Assembly: GCF_009914755.1 (NCBI RefSeq)
Contig: NC_060929.1
DNA: 64,000 nt
From: the human T2T-CHM13v2.0 reference genome, Homo sapiens
Strand: one strand, 5' to 3'
The notes below the pieces were generated by a model. That model was not told where the DNA came from. It saw only the letters and a list, made by a program, of their open reading frames with translations, and ran no database searches. The position numbers and the translations under genes were made by a program. Positions 60,171 through 64,000 of this stretch are shown here, one piece after another. How positions within the stretch are numbered: the stretch's first letter is position 1; every line of letters starts with the position of its first letter.

Positions 60171-61725
60171 GCTCAACTGGGGGCTGCTGGGGGAGTGAGT
60201 GGGTGGGCTCGTCATCAGCTGGGAGCCTTGGGCCCCCAGCTGGCTGAGCCTAGCGCAGTGGCAGGCGGTGAGGGGCGTGGGGGCAGGCCAGGAGCCGAGC
60301 TGAGGTGCCCAGGGGCTGTTGACCGAGGGACAATGCCCTGTGTGTCTGGTGGGGCTCTGGCCGGTGGCACCTCCGCCTGTGGCCTGCGGCCGGCCGCCCA
60401 GCCAGCACCCACAGGGCCAGCTAAGACAATCAGCTTCGTTTGCTTAGGGGATGGCAAGGGGTTGAGGGTGGAGGAGGGATGGGCCGTTGGTTGGTCAGGA
60501 GAGCAAATGTTCTCAAATTGTGCTGGCCAGGAGTGGGACACAGGCCCCATCTCCCAGGGAAACAGCCTCAGGCACTCCAGCCTCTGCCGGCCTCAGGTGA
60601 GTTCAGCAGCCCTAGGAGACCAAAGCCCCACCCCTCTAGATCACAGTCAAGGAAACTGAGGCTGGAGCCAGAAAGGGACTTGTCACTATTAACAGTGAGT
60701 TAGAGGTGTCAGAGCTGCTATTCTCACCCTGTCCCCATCCAGGGCTCTATCCACCACCCCATGTTGTTTTTCTTGGGAGACTTTCCGCACAATTTCAGCC
60801 TGCTGTGAACATATTTCTGAAGCTGTACGCCCTCACTCTGGCCAAGTTTCAGATCCATGAGGACTTACGGCTGATTGTCCTGGCCTTCCTGACACAGCAC
60901 TCTCCCTCCTGGGGTGGTCTCCGCTCTCAGAGACTGTGTGGCTGCATGTGAGCTTTACTGTCAGCCTCAGTTCCCTCCTCCATAAAATGGTGGGTGTATC
61001 CAGAAGTAGACGGTGGCCTGGCCCATTCCCTCCTGAAATCTTTCTGAGCCTCAGTTCCCACATCTCTAGAATGGGAAGAATCATGGCACCCTCTTAAAAC
61101 TGCTATAAGGAATAAAGGAAATCACCTATGTTAAATAGCTGGCAACAGTACCTGGCACATAGTAAGTGCTCAATAAACACTTAGCTATTTATTATAGAGA
61201 TTATTATAAAATAATTGTATAATTATTATAAACATTAGTTGTTCTAATTAGCATTAGAGGTAGCATGGTTCTCATTTCTCTACTGACTCTCCCTTCAACC
61301 CCCTCAGGCCCACCCTCCTGGCTGCTGAGAGAGGTCTAGGCCTCCAAGATTCAGGCCACAAGTTTGTGAGGTCGGATGACCTCAGGGTCCAAAGGTCCTG
61401 GAATCACATGCTCAACTGACCACCTCCTCTGGCCAATGTCTCTCACCTCAGGTGAACAGCCCAGCCCAATGTAAGCGGGCACATCCACCCAGGGAGGCAG
61501 GAATGGCGGGAGGGAATGTGAGGAGGACAGAGGAGGGGCATTGTGAACAGATACTGAGGACGGCCCTGTCGTGCTGAGGGCCGGTCTTGGCCATTTACAG
61601 GAATCGTCCGAGGGGAAGAAGGCAGGGTGAGAGGCGCTCCTGAATGTCACAAGATTAATCTGTCCGGGGCAGGCTTCCACAGCATAACTGAGATGCTGGC
61701 TGGGGCTCGAGCATGAGAGATGCCA

Positions 61726-61735
61726 CCATATTTGG
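61726..61735. promoter_or_regulatory. Perfect CArG box (SRF site)
   Basis: CCATATTTGG = CC(A/T)6GG, about 1.6 kb upstream of IL17B. Confidence 0.5.
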
Positions 61736-62885
61736 TCAAATACTAGACAGGGCTCTATTCTACCGTTGGAAACTCCAGAGGGAGGGGTACTCTGAAAATA
61801 CCTCCTCAGGCAACAAGGGCCCCGCCCCCACCGCAGGCTGTCCCAGCCCCAGCCCCACTGGCCGGGCGGCCTGGCTGTGTTCTGTGCTGGCTCTCTGCAC
61901 ACACTCTGCTGCTGCTAGCAGTGGGGTCCCACAGACATGCAACTGGGGTGACCCTCCCATATCCACAGAACAGTGGCAAACTGAAAGATGGATGCTGGGG
62001 TATGGGGGACCCCTGAAACCAACACATTCTCCTTACCTGCTGGAAATACGCACCCCTCACTTCTGCCTCCCCAAGCCAGGACTGACTTGTCAGCTTCCCC
62101 TGCTCCAGCTGCAGTGCTTGCTACTTTAGATTTCAGGGTCCCAGCCCCAGAGATGCTGAAGTAGCAGCGCAAAAATCTGCATCTTAGCACGAGGCCAGTT
62201 TGGGAGCTACACGGGTCCTCACCCATCATCTGGCCCCCTCCTCCCACCCATTTTACTACAAGGAGACTTGGATAAGGGAGGGTCCTACCCCAGCTCACAC
62301 AGTGCGTTTGTGCCAGAGCTGGGAGCAGAACTCCGTCTCCTAAGTCATTCATTGTTCTTCCCTCAGACTTTATACAAACAGCTCTGGGCCAGGCTGGGCC
62401 TCCTTGCTGGTCTGGTGGAGACCAAAGAGGCAGGCCAGTCCTTGTGGGGGCCCCAGATCCTTCACAGTGGGGAGGGGAGCTTTGGGGTCCCCTGGCAGGT
62501 GCTGTGAGGAGTCAGGCATGGGCCCAGCAACAGTCATTGGGTTTCCCATTCCTGGACCATCTCAGACCAGGAGGGAGACCCCTTCTTCCAGTCTTGGTTT
62601 CTAGAAACCCCTGGAGGGTCATCTGTCCTTTTTGATGTCCTGAGTGTGAACCCAGGCAGGCCTGTGGGACCCAGCCCCAGGACTCAGTGCCAGGCCTGAG
62701 AGGGAGGTGCAGGAACTGGGCTTCCAGGGCTCCCACCCCACGAGTGAGGCTGGGGTCCTTGGGTCTTAACACGCAGAGGGTGGTCAGCATGCGTGAATGA
62801 AGGACTGGGCAGATGAGCTACAGGGGAAGGGGCAGTGGGTGGCCGCGGTCTCGCTCAGAGCCCTCTGCAGCAGGCCCCGCCAGGA

Positions 62886-62914
62886 GCAGTGCTGCACTCA
62901 CCAGCAGATGGCGC
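62886..62914 (+). promoter_or_regulatory. CTCF motif with upstream module
   Basis: CCAGCAGATGGCGC core at 62901-62914 preceded by GCAGTGC at 62886. Confidence 0.7.
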
Positions 62915-63126
62915 CACTAGAAAGCCAGCCAACCCTGAAAAATGTACTGACCCTGAGGGAACTTGCACTCTGCCACCTCTTTCTCCAAGAGCGGCCCGGG
63001 ACTGAGAATGAGGGGATGGGGCGAGTGGGTGGGGCCCTGCGCCTGTGCCTGGCTTCCAGAGTGACCCTATTGTTGATGAGGACCAGAGCCTAGGAGACAT
63101 CAGAGCCGGCCAGGAATGACACAGGC

Positions 63127-63179
63127 GGTGTCGGGGTCACCGATTCCAGGTGTCGGGGTCACCGATTCCAGGGGTCGGG
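63127..63179. repeat. 22-bp tandem repeat (about 2.4 copies)
   Basis: ggtgtcggggtcaccgattcca x2 plus ggggtcggg. Confidence 0.9.
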
Positions 63180-64000
63180 TGAGGGCTTCTGTCTGCTGAG
63201 TGAGTGATTGCCTTTACTTTGAGCACCTGCTGTGTGCCAGGCCTCAGGCATTTGGCACCTGGACACCTTAATTCACAGAAAATAACAGTAACAATAATAG
63301 CTGCTACTTAATATCCACTTACTGACTGCCAGGCCATAAGCTAAATGCTTCATGAAATCCTCCAAATAACACTGGGTGAGGTCCTAGTTTTATTCTGAAT
63401 TACAGATGGGGAAACTGAGGCTCAGCGTGGTTAACCACTTGCCCAAAGTCACAGAAGATTCACAGCAAGTTTGTCTGACTCCTGCACACACTGCTCCCTG
63501 CGGTGGAGTAAGGAGAGGGGCGGCAGCCAGGGGTGGAGGGGGAATGTCCAGTTGGTCAGCTGGTCATTGAGCACGGTCTGTGATGGCCTCAGCCTTGACC
63601 CATGGCCTCAAACAACCTGAACCCGGTAGGTTCGGGTGCTCACTAAACCCACGCCCAAGCCCAAGTCATCAAGGGGATCCGAGAGCTCCCAGGGTGCTCG
63701 TGGGGCACCCAACAGCATTCCTGGTATGTGAACTAAAATATTGATACATTGAATCAAACTGACTATAATACAGGGAGGCCATGCTGGGACAGAGGAGGAG
63801 GCCAGAGCAGAGGGACCTGGAGAAGGAAGTGCAGCCGGGAGGGCAGAGGTCAGCCTCCACAGATGGGCTGGCCTGAGTTTCAGCCCTGCCCCTGCCCCTT
63901 CACTGCTGTGTCATCTTGGGAATGTTAATTGACTTCTCTGAGCCTTAGTTTCTTCTGCAAAGTGAAGATAATAATAACTTGGCTCTCAGTGGATTGTTGT

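Noticed and set aside
60980-60990. Second CArG box
   Set aside because: CCATAAAATGG has seven A/T bases and lies in MIR-derived sequence.

Overview
Primate, almost certainly human, genomic DNA that I recognise from the translated exons as the chr5q32 AFAP1L1-GRPEL2-PCYOX1L-IL17B interval. It holds the last 7 coding exons and 3'UTR of AFAP1L1 (+), complete GRPEL2 (+, 4 exons, 225 aa), complete PCYOX1L (+, 6 exons, 494 aa) and complete IL17B (-, 3 coding exons, 180 aa). All exon chains were rebuilt by hand with GT-AG boundaries and consistent phase. The rest is about 30 Alus plus L1, L2, MIR, MaLR/ERV LTR and MER DNA-transposon remnants; most ORFs in the supplied track are repeat-derived or shadow frames. 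I found no CRISPR array, RNA gene or wholly new gene system. The most unusual structures are: (1) a 123-bp, 121/123-identical inverted duplication (Alu tail + TSD + unique flank) bracketing the IL17B terminal exon and poly(A) site; (2) GRPEL2 exon 3, which begins with a 5' splice-site hexamer (re-splicing candidate) and lies between inverted Alus; (3) a candidate in-frame alternative last exon of AFAP1L1 that ends in a MER20; (4) several locally templated insertions. Repeat subfamily names come from recalled consensus sequences and need RepeatMasker confirmation.
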